Origin: Rhodosorus marinus CCMP1338
Lineage: Eukaryota > Plantae > Rhodophyta
DNA: 64,000 bases
Direction of reading: 5' to 3'
NCBI GenBank assembly: GCA_029953675.1
Contig: JAMWBK010000003.1
Span: 3,224,001-3,288,000, forward strand
This document shows positions 1 through 12,800 of the stretch, one piece after another. Numbering within the stretch: the stretch's first letter is position 1; every line of letters begins with the position of its first letter. A program made the position numbers and the translations under genes. Under the pieces are notes generated by a model. The model searched no databases, had not been told where the DNA came from, and saw nothing but the letters and a program-made list of their open reading frames with translations.

Positions 1-237
1 GGGTTGGAGAGGATGCGAAAAGGTGTTAGGCGGTGGAGACGGCTTGGTAGTTTCTGGTCCACGATCGGAATCCTAAATATGGATGGTGCTCAAGGGTACT
101 CGAAGAAGAAGACAGAGCCGCAATTGGTAGGATACTTGCTCGTTTGCGGGTGCCTTTACGATGCTCTTGTTGCTGAAGGCTGGTGTGGCCGAGAACTGTT
201 GCAAATCCTGATACTTTTTTGAACATTTTGACATTTG
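1..237 (-). CDS. Possible 5' part of a gene running off the left edge, function unknown
   Basis: ATG near 237 (MSKCSKKY...ANEQ), then a phase-0 GTATCC...TTTAG intron (135-73, 63 nt) that removes the stop. The frame then stays open to position 1 (DSDRGPETTKPSPPPNTFSHPLQP). No recognisable family. Confidence 0.3.
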
Positions 238-965
238 TCTATTATAGGAGCTGACGCTGAGAGCTGTATTCGGTGAAGGTTCGTATGATCGAGTTTGTTC
301 GCTGCTCAGGTATGCTTTGGTCACTTGTATCGGATTTCGTGGTGTTTATTGTTGTGAAAGCTTAATGAAAAGGACGACTCCACACGTTCATGTTGACTGT
401 TTGTCGTCCGGACGTTTGCAGAGCAACGTGCCCGGAAGAAGGCTATTTGGAAGAATTCAAGGAATGGGAGCGAGCATACAAGCGACAGGATGACCAATCA
501 TCCGTGTTGAGGTTTCGCGAGAACCTCCTTCGCAGTCGTGAAGGACCAGCTGCGGTGAGCACGCATCGGCGCCGGGATAGAGCTCAAAGTTAGTTGCGGG
601 ATCCCAGCTCTTACTCGACCACACGGGTTGCCTTTGTATTGCTAGGAGGGGCAGATTCTTAAATATGTTGGGAGACCCGACAACAGAGTCCAGAATCCTT
701 GCCAGGTAAGAAGAGCTGAGAATCTATGCGAGAAGTTAACCACTCCCCTATTGCTTAAAGGCCTCGTTCTCGTTTTTCGTCTCAGAAATGCTCAACCGTC
801 TATGTTGCAGTCGATTCCAACCCTCTCGCACTCATCAGCGCGTTAGGATTCGTCCTTCACTTTCAGCTCATTCGTAGAGGTACTTTATTTCGTGACCTCC
901 AACGGCCTTGGAATTTCAGCTGCTCCTGCTAATCACACACACAACTATACGGCGTTTTTTCAACA

Positions 966-1355
966 ATGTCAGGTCGCCGCTTTATTACGTCTGAAGGATA
1001 CGAAATAGAAGTTTATAGAATAGAAAGAATAGTCGGAAACAATCCTGCACAATCTGTCCCCGTGCCCGGAGGAGTCGTGGAAGTCTGCAGCGTCATCACG
1101 CCAGAGAAGCAAACCGCCCCAGAGGATCTTATCGTACGCTATGCCAAAATCGGAGCCCTTCCAGTTGCCCTTGACTTGCTGAACAGGGATCTGATCTATC
1201 CTCCTACCGCTTTCGCAGAACTTTGCCAGCTTTCTTACGCCTACCGTGACCATTCCAGGGGTAAATTGACCGGAAACGTTGCGCGCTTCAATGGGGGTTT
1301 TAACCTCGCGCTGGAAAATTATCTGGTTATAACCAGTGAGGAACCATCTGGTTGA
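966..1355 (+). CDS. Orphan 129-aa protein, single exon
   Basis: ATG in caacaATGtca context, similar to other genes here, and globular-looking composition. No recognisable motif. The last 37 nt overlap the 3' end of the convergent GH36 gene. Confidence 0.45.
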   Translation: MSGRRFITSEGYEIEVYRIERIVGNNPAQSVPVPGGVVEVCSVITPEKQTAPEDLIVRYAKIGALPVALDLLNRDLIYPPTAFAELCQLSYAYRDHSRGKLTGNVARFNGGFNLALENYLVITSEEPSG

Positions 1356-3930
1356 ACCGCAACTGGGATCTTCCAGATTTGCTCTCCTTGGCGCTCCGGC
1401 TTCGTGCTGGTTGAGGCGGTACCGGAAACCTTTGGGTCCCATGGAACGCTCATGTACACGAAGCCGTCAGTTTCCTGGTTCACGTTGAGCGTAAGCTCAA
1501 CCTTATCTTCACCAGAGCAGTAGGATGTGACCTCGTTGAAGCATGAGAAGTGGATATTCGAGCCAAGATATTGCGCCCTGCTCTCCGAATCCTCCATCTG
1601 ACGTACAACGAATAACCTTACACCATGCGGAGGGATCTCCACCGAGATCGGTTTGCCCTTTTGTACGGAGTAGTATTTGGATGTCCAGAATTCGACGCAG
1701 TGATATTGCCCAGACGAGGACTTCTTCGGAATCTCATCAAAGGTAACAAGCTTTTTCGAAGTCGTTCCGCTCCAGTTGAACAAGGCATAGATATAGCCCA
1801 CTCCAGTATCATTCTCAATGTGAGTGAGGACCACAGACGGGGACTGCTCTTCGAGCAACTTTGGAACAATTAAATTACCTTTGTTAGGAAACGGTGGCCA
1901 CATAATCTTCGCGATGCGGAGCCTTTCCGCTGGTACCTCCGCCAACGCGTCGGACAGCATAAACATCCCCCCAGTGAGCGTCACGACAGTAGCTATCGTA
2001 CGAAGTTCATCGTCTGTGAGACTCGTTGTAGTTCGCAGAAGCACACAGTCCGGGTCGTTGACCCACCAGTGCTGGTTCATCCATGACCGGGTGATCGAAT
2101 TGCGCAGAGAAGTGCTTACAGATGGTAGGTTCCACTTGTCCCATTTGAGATCCCCATACCAGTTGGGTCCAACGTCGCACCCAATACGCATCGCGTCGAA
2201 CAATCCTATAGCGGACCCAAGGGGACAACCACACCCAACGATGAACACATCCGGCCCAGCAGCCTCCCTAATCGCTGCGAGGGCGTTTCTGAGGACTTCT
2301 GCCCTGCTCTTACCACGGTCTTTCCGGTCACAGTCGTAGAGGACCCCAGCGTACAGAAAGTCCAGTTTCAAGTACCTGAAGCCCCACGAAACAGCCTTTC
2401 GTATCTCATTCGCGGCATGTTCAACCACCGCATCCTGAGAAACATCCAAACCGACAAACCACTTCCCAGAGTTTCCCGAATTCGCTAATCGACCGTTGGA
2501 CCTTAGCGCGCGCCACTCGGGGTGCTTTTTTATGAGCTCAGAGCCCTTGTCGGCAGCAAAAGGTGCGAGCCAAAGTCCAGGTGTAAACCCTGCCTGTTCT
2601 ATCTCCTTTGCCAGCTAGAAAAAGCGGTGATTACAACAAGTCCAACGTCAGATTGACAACAACCACTCGCATGTAACCCCAGACTAACGTCTCTCAGTCA
2701 GTATCAACTTCTTTACGTACCGTGCCCATCCCACGTTGGAACTTATCGTTGGGTTCCCAATCGCCCCATTTCTTTTGCCATCCGTCATCAACCTGAAAGC
2801 ATTTGCACGGCGTCGAAGCTCGTATCTTTTAGACTTCTCACGGGGTTCGTTCGAACAGATGGAGTTGGATAAAGAGACGTCAATCTTTGTTGCGGACCTG
2901 AATCACTTTCAGCGGGAGCTGCGCCCTGATGCCCTGGAGCTTAGCGATGTTTTCGTGAACAGAATCGTACGAAATCTTATCGTAGTAGTGGTACCACGAG
3001 CACCATCCAGCCGGGATCTCTTTGAAGCTCTCATGTACCTGATTTGCTCGTGCAGTCCACTCCGCGTACCGATTGAACGGGGTGGGTGGCTTTCTTTCAA
3101 ATAGTTCAATTACGGCCCAATCAGTCCACTTTGGGGTTGACGCGTCCGATCTGGACATGATCGACATTCTCCGATGAAAACGGTGAACTTCAATTGCTCC
3201 GTAGTATTGAACCTGCACAGTTTTGGATTTGTTTTAGGAGATCAGCGAGAGCAGGTTTGGACTAGTGTCCGCACTTCGCAAGCCAACATGGAAAGGAGCC
3301 TCCGCTCACCTGGGTAAGGAACCCACAAAGGATCGATCCCGAGTTTTTCTTGCCAATCAGAATAAACATCTCGCTAGAATGACGCTCCCCCTTCATCGTT
3401 GTAACCTTGCGGAAAGCGCCGTCATGAAACCCCTTTGAGGAGAATCGAGGGGTTGCTGGTCTTGGCATTAGCTGTCGCTGTTTGACGCTGCCGGAGAAGC
3501 TCCACGACTGCCATCCGTTAATGAGAACTCCCAGAGGATCAGAACCAGGTCCCGGACACGGGTTACAGCTGCTACAAACCTCAAACTCTGGACTGTCGCG
3601 TGTGTCATTCTGTCCTAGCTGGAAGTCTAATTCGCAGACCAGAATCTTGTTGTCCTCCTCTTCGTCAAGAACCCTAACGGCGATTGCGGAATTGTCGATC
3701 CAAGCCGCCTCGAATTTTCTTTTCGCCTGATCAAACTCTAAACGAAAACCTTTCCGATCACCAACACCAGGGAGAGAAAACTCTGCGCTCTCCACCTTCA
3801 CGCGCCACAAGTCTTCGGATCCTTTGAGACTCTTCCGCCCAACTCTGGGCGAAATCTTCGCAACGCAACCTCCATTCTTGAACTCGAAGTCACCATCTTT
3901 TCCAACTTCTAATCCATCGCCGTAGTCCAT
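1319..3930 (-). CDS. Alpha-galactosidase, GH36 (Thermotoga GalA-like), about 767 aa, 4 exons
   Basis: Exons 3930-3310, 3212-2898, 2792-2721 and 2614-1319 join in frame at GT-AG sites. Motifs GWQSWS, GWCSWY, VDDGW, YLKLDF (nucleophile Asp), MRIGCDV (acid/base Asp) and WWVNDPDC. Confidence 0.93.
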
Positions 3931-5808
3931 CTTCAAAACGCAGCCAATTACAAAAAGAAGAACCGCCGGGCTCCGCTACCAATCGTCTCCCGAGTTCTTT
4001 AAGCCCAGATCCTTAAGTCACCTGATGCTAACAAAGCACACAACGCACGACAAGCAAACAAAAATGAAACCTCCATCAACTTCACGTTAACTAAAACTTT
4101 CTGTAACTTTAGGTACTGGAGCCTTCAACCACCCTGGCTTTTTCCAATCCCCTCAGTTGCACTTTGTATCTCGTCCCCACCCTCATAAAGTTCTACAAAG
4201 ACATGGGGATCCGAACCGATGGAGATTAGCACCCTGCTATAGAATAAGTTTCCCAATTATTTTTCGGATTGGACGGCAATAAGCAAAGTGCTTTTGGACA
4301 CCCATTGGTAACCTTGGAACCGATGACTGAGGTCAGTGCTGCGTTGTGCTCATGACAGTCAGTTTTGATCCAATAGCCGCTTGTTGTGTATAATTGTTGA
4401 ATGTTGAGTCTACACTCTCCAGCCTCATTGCTTAGCCAGAGCGAGGTAGACAACACGAAACGTGGCTTGGAATAATAACGTTTCGAACATCTACGAGGTA
4501 ACTAGACCAGGTGCCAAGGAACTTCGTGACATTTGGTGATCGACTATTTTCGTTTCATGCAGAGTCTTTTTTTGCCATCGATGCCTTTCTCATTCCTTGG
4601 TCATTCCACCAGTTACCAAGAAGGATGACTCAATAGTGGCACTTCTACTGTCACGTGCGGATTGGTTCTTTGGGAGGCAGTTCCAATACCAAGGTGTACG
4701 CCCAGTCAATAATCCTGCTGTTCTTCGTTGAAAGCATGGTAACAACAAGACGGTGGGTCATGTTCACTCCAAGCAAGATGGGTCGGAGATATCCGGTAAG
4801 TACTCGTCCAATGAGGTACCTGAACACGCCTATTTAGTTTTTTTTGTTTTATCATCCGAAGTGCGTATTTCCGGAAAAAAGATACATGTTGCGCGGTTAC
4901 TTTTTCCACTCCGAAAATCTGTCTACTTTTACTTCAAAGTAACCCAAAAGCCTGCTAGCCAGGTTTTTAAAGCTGTTTGCTACTACTTGCGGAAGTACAT
5001 TCGAGACGTAGTAATGTAGCAAATACGACTAGTTACCACTGTTTAGGCGCCTTCTTGACCTGTTCAGCCGTTCGAGGCTCTTTTCTTGACTTCGTCGATC
5101 GTTCACAACTCTTTTTGTTCCCTTCGGACCGTTCACGACTTCTTTTGGTCCGTTCAAGAATCATCGTGCCACGTTTCTGACCTAGGAGCCCCACTGAATG
5201 TTCTTCCCTTGCTCATCTCGGTGGGAAGGTAGCTTCCAACTTCGCGAGCTCACAGTATACAGAGTCAGTCAATAACCTCAGTGCTACTTTTGAATTTTAA
5301 TTTTTCATGTTGGTATTGTTTCATTCGCTGGAGTTGTTTCTGAAATTGTCCTCTGTTTCGAGGTAAGAGCTGCGCATGAATGATCTAGCGTTAACTGAGC
5401 TCTGCTGAGTCTGAGGATGAATATGTGAGAAACCGCGGCATCAAGGTATGCCTAGCTTGATGTGAACCGTTCCTATCCGCATGGTCTTGCACTTTCGATG
5501 TACGAGAAAAAAATCGATAAGACTTGAGAGCAGGACGATCCAAGCAAGTCTTTGCCAGAAACAATTAGCATTCCATTAAGGCCTAGTGTCTGTGTCGTAC
5601 AATTTCGATGTTGCGGAATCACTTATTGTCCATGCCTGCATGCCTCTTCCTTGTAGCAGGATAGAGTTCACCTGCGCAAAAAAAAGCTTCCCCGAGAATG
5701 CCAAGGCGCAAGCGACGAACGACCTGGCAATGTTAAATCGACGTTTCAGGTTCTTGTCAAGCAGCAAGTGCTCTGTGCGTATCTTCTAGTGGGAGTGAAT
5801 TTATCTTG

Positions 5809-6895
5809 CTATCTCATTAAAAAGGTTTCCTTGAGGACTAGGGAAACGTGCTTCTTCGCGGTGGTATAATCTGGTTCGTCCATCTCAATGTCCTTGAGCA
5901 CCTCAAAGTCAACCTCTTCAAAGATCGCCCCAGAGTGCTTGCCAGATCGGATCATGTTTGAATTGGAGCCGAAAACGGCGTAGACTTGTCGAAGATCACT
6001 TGCGACACGAGATTTGAAGGTGGTCGCCGGCGGTGTTCTCACGGAGTGGATGACTATTCGTGCCTCTCTGTTTTCCTCTCCAGTATTGAAGACTCTGACC
6101 GGAACGTTTATAGAGAGATAAAGCTCCGTCTCTGAATGAGGGTCTGCCATCAAATCCGATCGTTTCGAAAGGTGCTCAGAACGATAAACTCGCGTCCACC
6201 CGCCGCCTCTGCAAAATGTTTGAAAGGAAAGCCAGTACTTAAGGCGTTTAGCGGATAGATAATTGGACCCCCAGAGTTGCAGTAGGGACCATCGTAGACA
6301 GCTGTACCGGATAGCACAGCTCACCCTTCATTCTTTCTGTAAATATCGACTCCGACGTGATTGAAAGGTGGAGCCACTGTTGCAACAAGTTTTAGGCTGA
6401 CCGCAAGTTTTTCTGGCTTGGTCGGCCTATAATCTTCGGTTTTGATTGTTAAGTAGCCTGCGTTGATTTCACCTTTCCTCAGTTCTACTCCTTTTAGCTC
6501 AAGAGTTAAAGTCTTGTTTCCTGCAACCAACTGCTCGGCGTAATGGCACAAGAAGTAGTTAGCACCAAGAGAGAAAACTCGAGAGATGATTTTTATACAG
6601 TCGAGAAGCTCACGTCCGACTCATAAATTGCATCTGACTTCCCCAAGAGCTCATTTCCCTCAGCTCCATCGCTCCGATTAGAGTCTCGGTCGAACACGTT
6701 TAGAAACAGAGGAAATCGTCTCTGACTAACGAGAACGGGTTTCACAAAAACGGGGTCCGAGTCGTTGATAATCGTTTCCGTGACATCAATCGGTCTTCTG
6801 TAACTGTCTGTAATCTGCACAAAAGGATCACTCTTCGATAGCGGGTCTCGTTTCAAAAGCTCTTTACATCGAAATCTCAGCTCATAAGTCTTCAT
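5809..6895 (-). CDS. Tandem C2-domain protein, copine-like N-terminus without a visible vWA domain
   Basis: Exons 6895-6614, 6530-6325 and 6208-5809. C2A reads DPLSKSDPFV...NDSDPVF...VFDRD...LLG; the C2B-like part reads YRKNEGGGGWTRVYRSE. The 3' end is uncertain (a further exon at about 5790-5576 is possible). Confidence 0.75.
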
Positions 6896-7103
6896 GGTAC
6901 CTCAACCAAGTAATTTCACAGCCAAGCTCGCACCTTAAAAGTATCCAATCGATCAAACAATACACGCACACCTCCCTCACACATAACCGCTACTGGGACA
7001 GTCATCTACTTCAACAATCGCGGAAACCACAACGCATCGAAACTGCTAAAAAGAACAGCCGAGCAAAGCCCAACCCTTGCTGACCAGTAGTGACTTCCTG
7101 GGA

Positions 7104-7180
7104 CACGTGCTATTCATTAATTAGTAGTCCGAGTATGGAGAAACACTTGTCAGTAAACAACTAGCTACCAAGCACACGTG
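7104..7180. promoter_or_regulatory. Two G-box (CACGTG) motifs about 210-285 bp upstream of the C2 gene
   Basis: CACGTG at 7104-7109 and 7175-7180. Confidence 0.3.
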
Positions 7181-8494
7181 TTTGACATTCATTAGTTTAA
7201 AAAGCTTTCACTTCCAACCGTGTGCCAATAGGTACACTTTTCTCCAACATACTTTCTTCGGTGCTACTGAAAATCGGAAATAATCGATCGGATCTGGAAG
7301 ACGTGTACGTTTTGGAGTGTTTCTTCTGCATTGGGAGAGCACTAGATAGATGGTCTATCCTCACGCTGCAGTATGTATTACATGTCTGCCCAAGCGAAGG
7401 ATCTGCTGCTCTGAACCGGGCGCGACTGTACGGGGTTACGCTAGTATGGGTTTGCTACAATGGATTTCAGATCCTGGTTTTCATCACGTCCCAGCACACT
7501 CCGAAGCTTGGAATCGCACACAAGTTTTTGTTCGAGTAGGCCGAGAAAACGTCGTCTTTGTGCGGAGGTACCAAGGCTAGCCCTTGGAAAGTGTTCTGCC
7601 CAGGTTAGGGGTCTGTCCTCCTTCAGCAAATGAAATTTGAAGCCATCCGGTAAGATTGTAAGCGACATTGGGTATCCAGCTAGGATGTAGCGATTACTCC
7701 GGGCGAGAACGCACTTCTAGACTCGAAAGAATAAGGAAAGGGCGTTCTTCCGTTACGATACAGACTTCAGGAAACCAAGTGTCGCATAACAATGCATGGC
7801 TCGATCCATGTCAAGTCTTCTATTCAACCGCGCCCTCAGCAACCCTCTCACCCAACCTATCAACGGAGCTTCACGGATGAGCTCGGCGGAGAGCCCTCGA
7901 GGTTTGCACGGTCGCAGAGCTAAGTGTGGAAGTCGAACTTCCCACCCTTACGAGTCTAGTCGATGGTAAGTCACGCGTTCGACCGCATCCTGTATCCATT
8001 CACCGTTTCTATGATCCCTTCCATTGGCTTTGTGAGCTGCTTGTGGATAGGACTGCAGAGAATCTGAACCGGACAAACTGTGTCGTCCCAGTTGCCCCCG
8101 CGGGTTTCTTGAAGCAAACCACAAGAAGCCAATCCAGACGCATAATCGAACCAGAGCCGAATTCATCGACCAGACACGGTGCTTGATGAAATTAAGCAGA
8201 ATACTAAAAGTTGTAAAGCATTTACTGACGATTACAAACTACAAGGGTTGCTTGTGACCATTATCCCCACCTGTAAATGTCTACCTATCGCTCAAGAGTC
8301 CGTTCCACAATCAAACTCAAAAAGCGGGTGATTGGGGGTGAGAGGAGGGGGGGTGCCGCGGGGTTTTCACCAGGGATTTGAGGGATTTGGGGAAGGGTCT
8401 GACCTATGCTGAGTATATCTTTTCTGAGGGGAGGATTTCATTGATTCGGAGAAGCTCAGCTTTACAAACGAAAGTTGACGAAATCTCTGTCCCT

Positions 8495-8608
8495 ATGGTG
8501 GATGATCAGCAGCTGATCTCGATATCCCTGGCGCTTGGTGCGGGTTTGATGATGCTGTTGCTGGTGTATCACTATGTTGTTGTACAGGTCAAAGAAGAGA
8601 CGGGATGA
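8495..8608 (+). CDS. OST4: Oligosaccharyltransferase subunit OST4, 37 aa
   Basis: MVDDQQLISISLALGAGLMMLLLVYHYVVVQVKEETG matches the OST4 pattern (M-x-x-D-x-Q-L, one TM helix, YHY, short charged tail). It is the 3' half of ORF 8378..8608, whose upstream start is a TTG. Confidence 0.88.
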   Translation: MVDDQQLISISLALGAGLMMLLLVYHYVVVQVKEETG

Positions 8609-9873
8609 ACGGGGTTTACTTTTGTGGAATAAAAGTGTGGAGAACTTCCTTTTCGGGAGTTTTGATAGGGATAGGGCGTATCCCTGACGCTCCAGGTGTT
8701 GTTTCCCGGAATTTGACATTAAAGTACATTTCGTTTTTTCTCAATTTTCTGCCTGAAGTGAAAGCCATGTGCCGACCAATCGTCAGCGTGGTGGAACATT
8801 CTACAATCATCGTTCACTGCACGAGGCGGAGCATGAAAAAAAGAATCAAGGAAGTCACACTTAAAGCACAACACATGAACACCGTCAATTCGCCGCACAA
8901 GCCGGCTTGGATGTCTCCCGAGAAGATTGATTGTCTCATTAACATCTACCGCTGATTGAGACATGATTTGTTGGCAGAGATTGACGGGGACGGTCCTTCT
9001 TATCGTCTTATCGTACAGAAACGCTCCAAAAGAATTTGTACGTAGCGCATATTCACCTCAGCGAGGTCCTGTATAGCAGGGTGCTTCCCGTTCAAGCTTT
9101 TGGTATTCAGCTGTTTGAGGCAACCGCGGTATTGTGCAGATCGAGTGGGAACTGCTTGTCAGAGGAGACTTGAGGAGCCCCAAGTGATCGAGCTTGCACA
9201 CTGGACAAGTTATTTTGTAAAAGCAAGTTCATTTCCTGCCCTACATCGTCCTCGCCAATCGCCAGATCAAGGCGGGAATTGGACGGGAATTGCTGAAGAG
9301 CATGCTCAAATTGACATAGACACTCCGTTGATCTGAGAAAAGCGAAAAGCCCAGGCATCCAGTTTTCTCTTCACGCATTTTAGTATGTCCATACAAATCA
9401 ACTGGTGATCATTGTCAGATCCAATCAAATGCCTATAGCCGAGGTCGGCGCTCGTCAAGGAGATCGACGAAACAGGTCAACAGGACATGGAGGATAAGGC
9501 CAGGGTGAAGTCCAGAACACTAGAATTTTTAGCGCCTACCGTTGACTCTATCACCTTCCTTTCCCCTGTCGTTACAATGTCCAGAACAAGAATCCCAGCG
9601 AACACAATGTGGCTTGGCTTGCTCACGTCACCACCGGAGAGAATGGGAACCGTGAACCTTTTGCTTATCAGCGCAGATCGATTCATGATCGGGTGGGTAC
9701 GGAGACATCACGCGGCAATGGGCAACGAATTTGATTTCTGCTGTTGAGAAGCTTGAAGGAGATCGTTGGGTTTTTCGTTTACCCAAAACTGTGAAATGCG
9801 TTTGAAGGTGGGAGAATAGAAAGGAGAGGAGCGCTTTGTCGGAGCACGAGGGAATTGCTCGAATTGCTTTGAA

Positions 9874-12800
9874 ATGTCGGACGAGGATGAAGTGTTGTTT
9901 AGTTGGAGGAGTTCAGAGGCGGTTTTTGAGATTGTTGATCGATCCGGAGAGGTTGGTTGGAGATTTGTAGATGCCCTGAGTGGGCTCTGTAAGGTCCAAG
10001 GCCGTGAGTTGGGAGGCCGAATTTATGGATCTCAAGGAGAGGTCTACGAGGCTGGAACAAAGAGGCCATCGATTAAGAAGGCCAAGGTTAAAGTACCTGG
10101 AGGAATTGGAAATGTAGATGGTGTAGTGGTCTCTTCGAACCTTGGGACTGTAGGAGAAGTACAAGTGTGGTTTGGTCTACATAAAGGGAACCTGTTCACC
10201 AAATTGGTCGCTCTAGGGGCAGCCGAGGACGTCCGATTGAAAGATATTATTCTTTGGGACGGCGATCTGGTGCTTGGCGATGGAGTACGAGGTTACGAGG
10301 ATCTAGATTCTGGGGTTATGGTGGATGGATTCATGCCAGCATGGGTTGCAGTCCTGATCTTGATCCCCGTCGCATTCGCCTATGCGGCTCTGGCGATGTA
10401 CATGCATGAAGAAAAGTACGGACCGCTCATGTTCGGCCATTACATCGCGGTTTGTCTGTTGTTCATCCCAGTTGTGCGTGGACTGTCTGGTGGGAGGATT
10501 AGAGGTCCACGGTCTATGATTTCGAACGCATGGCAGAGCTGGGGGTTTTGCGGGAGCCTGAGAATGGGCGATCCCCCCGCTGCACCATCGCTACATTGGA
10601 TCTTCACACGTGCGTTCCACGATGGAGGCGTCCATGGCGAGCGTCTACCACCGAATACCCTGGGCGGGAGAAACCTGAGATACTGCAGCGAAATGTTCAC
10701 TGCGATAAGCGACGTGAATAGCCGAATTGCTGTGGTCTTCGGATTCCTGACTCAAAGACAAAACTTCGGAGGATTCGATTTCGATCGAATTATGCGAAGT
10801 GGCATCGCAAGATGTGCTTGCGACGATCTGTTTCTCTTAAAGGACAAATCGTTTGAAACGGACTGGATGACCATCCAGCTCGTGCCAAACCTTTCCGACG
10901 AACCCTTGGCGGACTACTGTCAACTCGTCGCGGAATCGAACCCAACCACGTTCAAGCACTTTGGAGATACTCCCATGGGATGGTGTTCGTGGTATTACTA
11001 CTTTAAGGAAGTAACCGCAAAGGTAAGCTTCTATTTTCCATTCCCTTTCTGCCATCCTTGCGAAAGTCCACCTTCCAAGCACGCGTTCCACGCCATTCAT
11101 GGCGTACTCTGTGATTGTGAACTTTCTTCGGATACGGAAGGGGTTGACGCTTCACTACACTGTCCACGACGTCAAGGTTGAGGATGTTGGAGCTTCAGAT
11201 CATCTTCTGAGCCTGACAGAACTCGCCTGGCTCGCCACTAGAACCGGGGGATGGTTCACTTTCCTACTGTACCAGTGCGAATGGAGAGATCTGAGTACGG
11301 TCCGCCCAACGTACATTGTCATGGAGATCTGAGATTCTTTATGCGTTTATGAATGGCCGCAGGAAGTGAATAGAAACTTGGATCATTTGTTAGAGATGAG
11401 GGAAAGCATTCCACTGGAAGTCTTTCAACTTGATGATGGATACCAAAAGCACTGGGGCGATTGGGTCCCAAGCAAGGACTTCCCGGAGGACATGCGGGAG
11501 GTGAGCGGATCGATCCTTCGGCATGGATTTAAGGCTGGGATCTGGTTAGCTCCTTTTGCTGTAGATAAGAAATCGGATTTGGTTAAGGAACATCCGGTAC
11601 GTGGAGAGGAGATCCTCCTGGCAGGGGCTCTTGTGCCCCTTTTCCTTGACAGTTGTTTTTGTGAGCGGCCTAGCTAAGCTGAAAAATCTCCGTCGCAATG
11701 TAGGAATGGGTGATGAAGAACAAGAGAGGAAAGAGGGCCAATTCTGGCAACGTCGGACACTTTTTTTATGGGCTCGACGCGTCAAGGCCTGAAGTTGTCG
11801 AGTTTGCAAAGGGCCAACTTGAAAAAGTGACAAAGGGTTGGGGATTTAATTATCTTAAAGTTGACTTTATCTACGCTGCAGTGCTTGCCGACGGGGATCG
11901 GTATGATTATACTAGGACGCGAGCTCAGGTACGATCCTTCAGTGCCGCGCAATGAGCTGTCATATAATCCTATTGAACGGACGGCCCCTAAATTTGCGGT
12001 TGTCCTCGCTTAATGGTTGAAGATTGCGGATCAGGCAGTTAGGGAGATTCGCAATGCAGTAGGGGACGAAGTGTTTCTCGTAGGGTGTGGCTGTCCATTA
12101 GGAAGTGGCATTGGGTTCTTTAACGCCATGCGGATAGGTCCAGATGTTGACCGGACGTGGTTTCCGTTCCTGAAATGGGACAAGTAGGAGTAGCTTGAAG
12201 CTCGATTTCTAGCGAGAAATTGTTTTCTAATGTTTTCCGTTTCCTTTTTGTCCTCCTTCCTTCAGGTGGAACCTGCCGGGAGCTCGGAATGCAGTGAGGA
12301 ATACCATTACTCGCAGCTTCATGCATAGAAAGTGGTGGGTTAACGACCCGGACTGCGTCTTGTTCAGGAGCGGCACACTATTCAAAGATGAGGAGATCAT
12401 TGGCATAGCAACTGTGGTAGCTCTGGGTGGTGGAATGCTCATGTTGTCAGATGATATGGCTCAGATCCCGCAACATCGTTACAAGGTATGTGGACAGCAC
12501 CCCCGCTCTATGTCATTACGCTTCTACGAAGTTGATCCGTTTTCACCTCTTTCGCCAGATCGCAACGTCGCTCATGCCACCGTCAAACCTAGCGGCAATC
12601 CCTCTAGACCTGTTTCGAGCGGAGGAGCCAACCGAGCTGCTTCTTCGACTAGACGGACCAACGGGTCCTTGGATGCTCTTGGCCCTCTGCAACTGGTCAC
12701 ACTCAGTGACGGACAAAACCTTTTGGCTTTCGCGTCTCTTCCGAACAGGTAAGAAACTCGAGACATGACTTGTAAATCTGTTTGAATGTTCTCACTAACC

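Noticed and set aside
4200-5570. Short ORFs and a degenerate repeat of about 30-bp period (about 5065-5160)
   Set aside because: Too degenerate, with no family signal.
7222-8200. Short ORFs and a possible two-exon gene between the C2 gene and OST4
   Set aside because: No consistent frame or motif.
8700-9750. Possible multi-exon minus-strand gene divergent from GH36-2 (several good donor and acceptor sites, hydrophobic last segment)
   Set aside because: I could not assemble a stop-free spliced frame or recognise a family. RNA-seq is needed.
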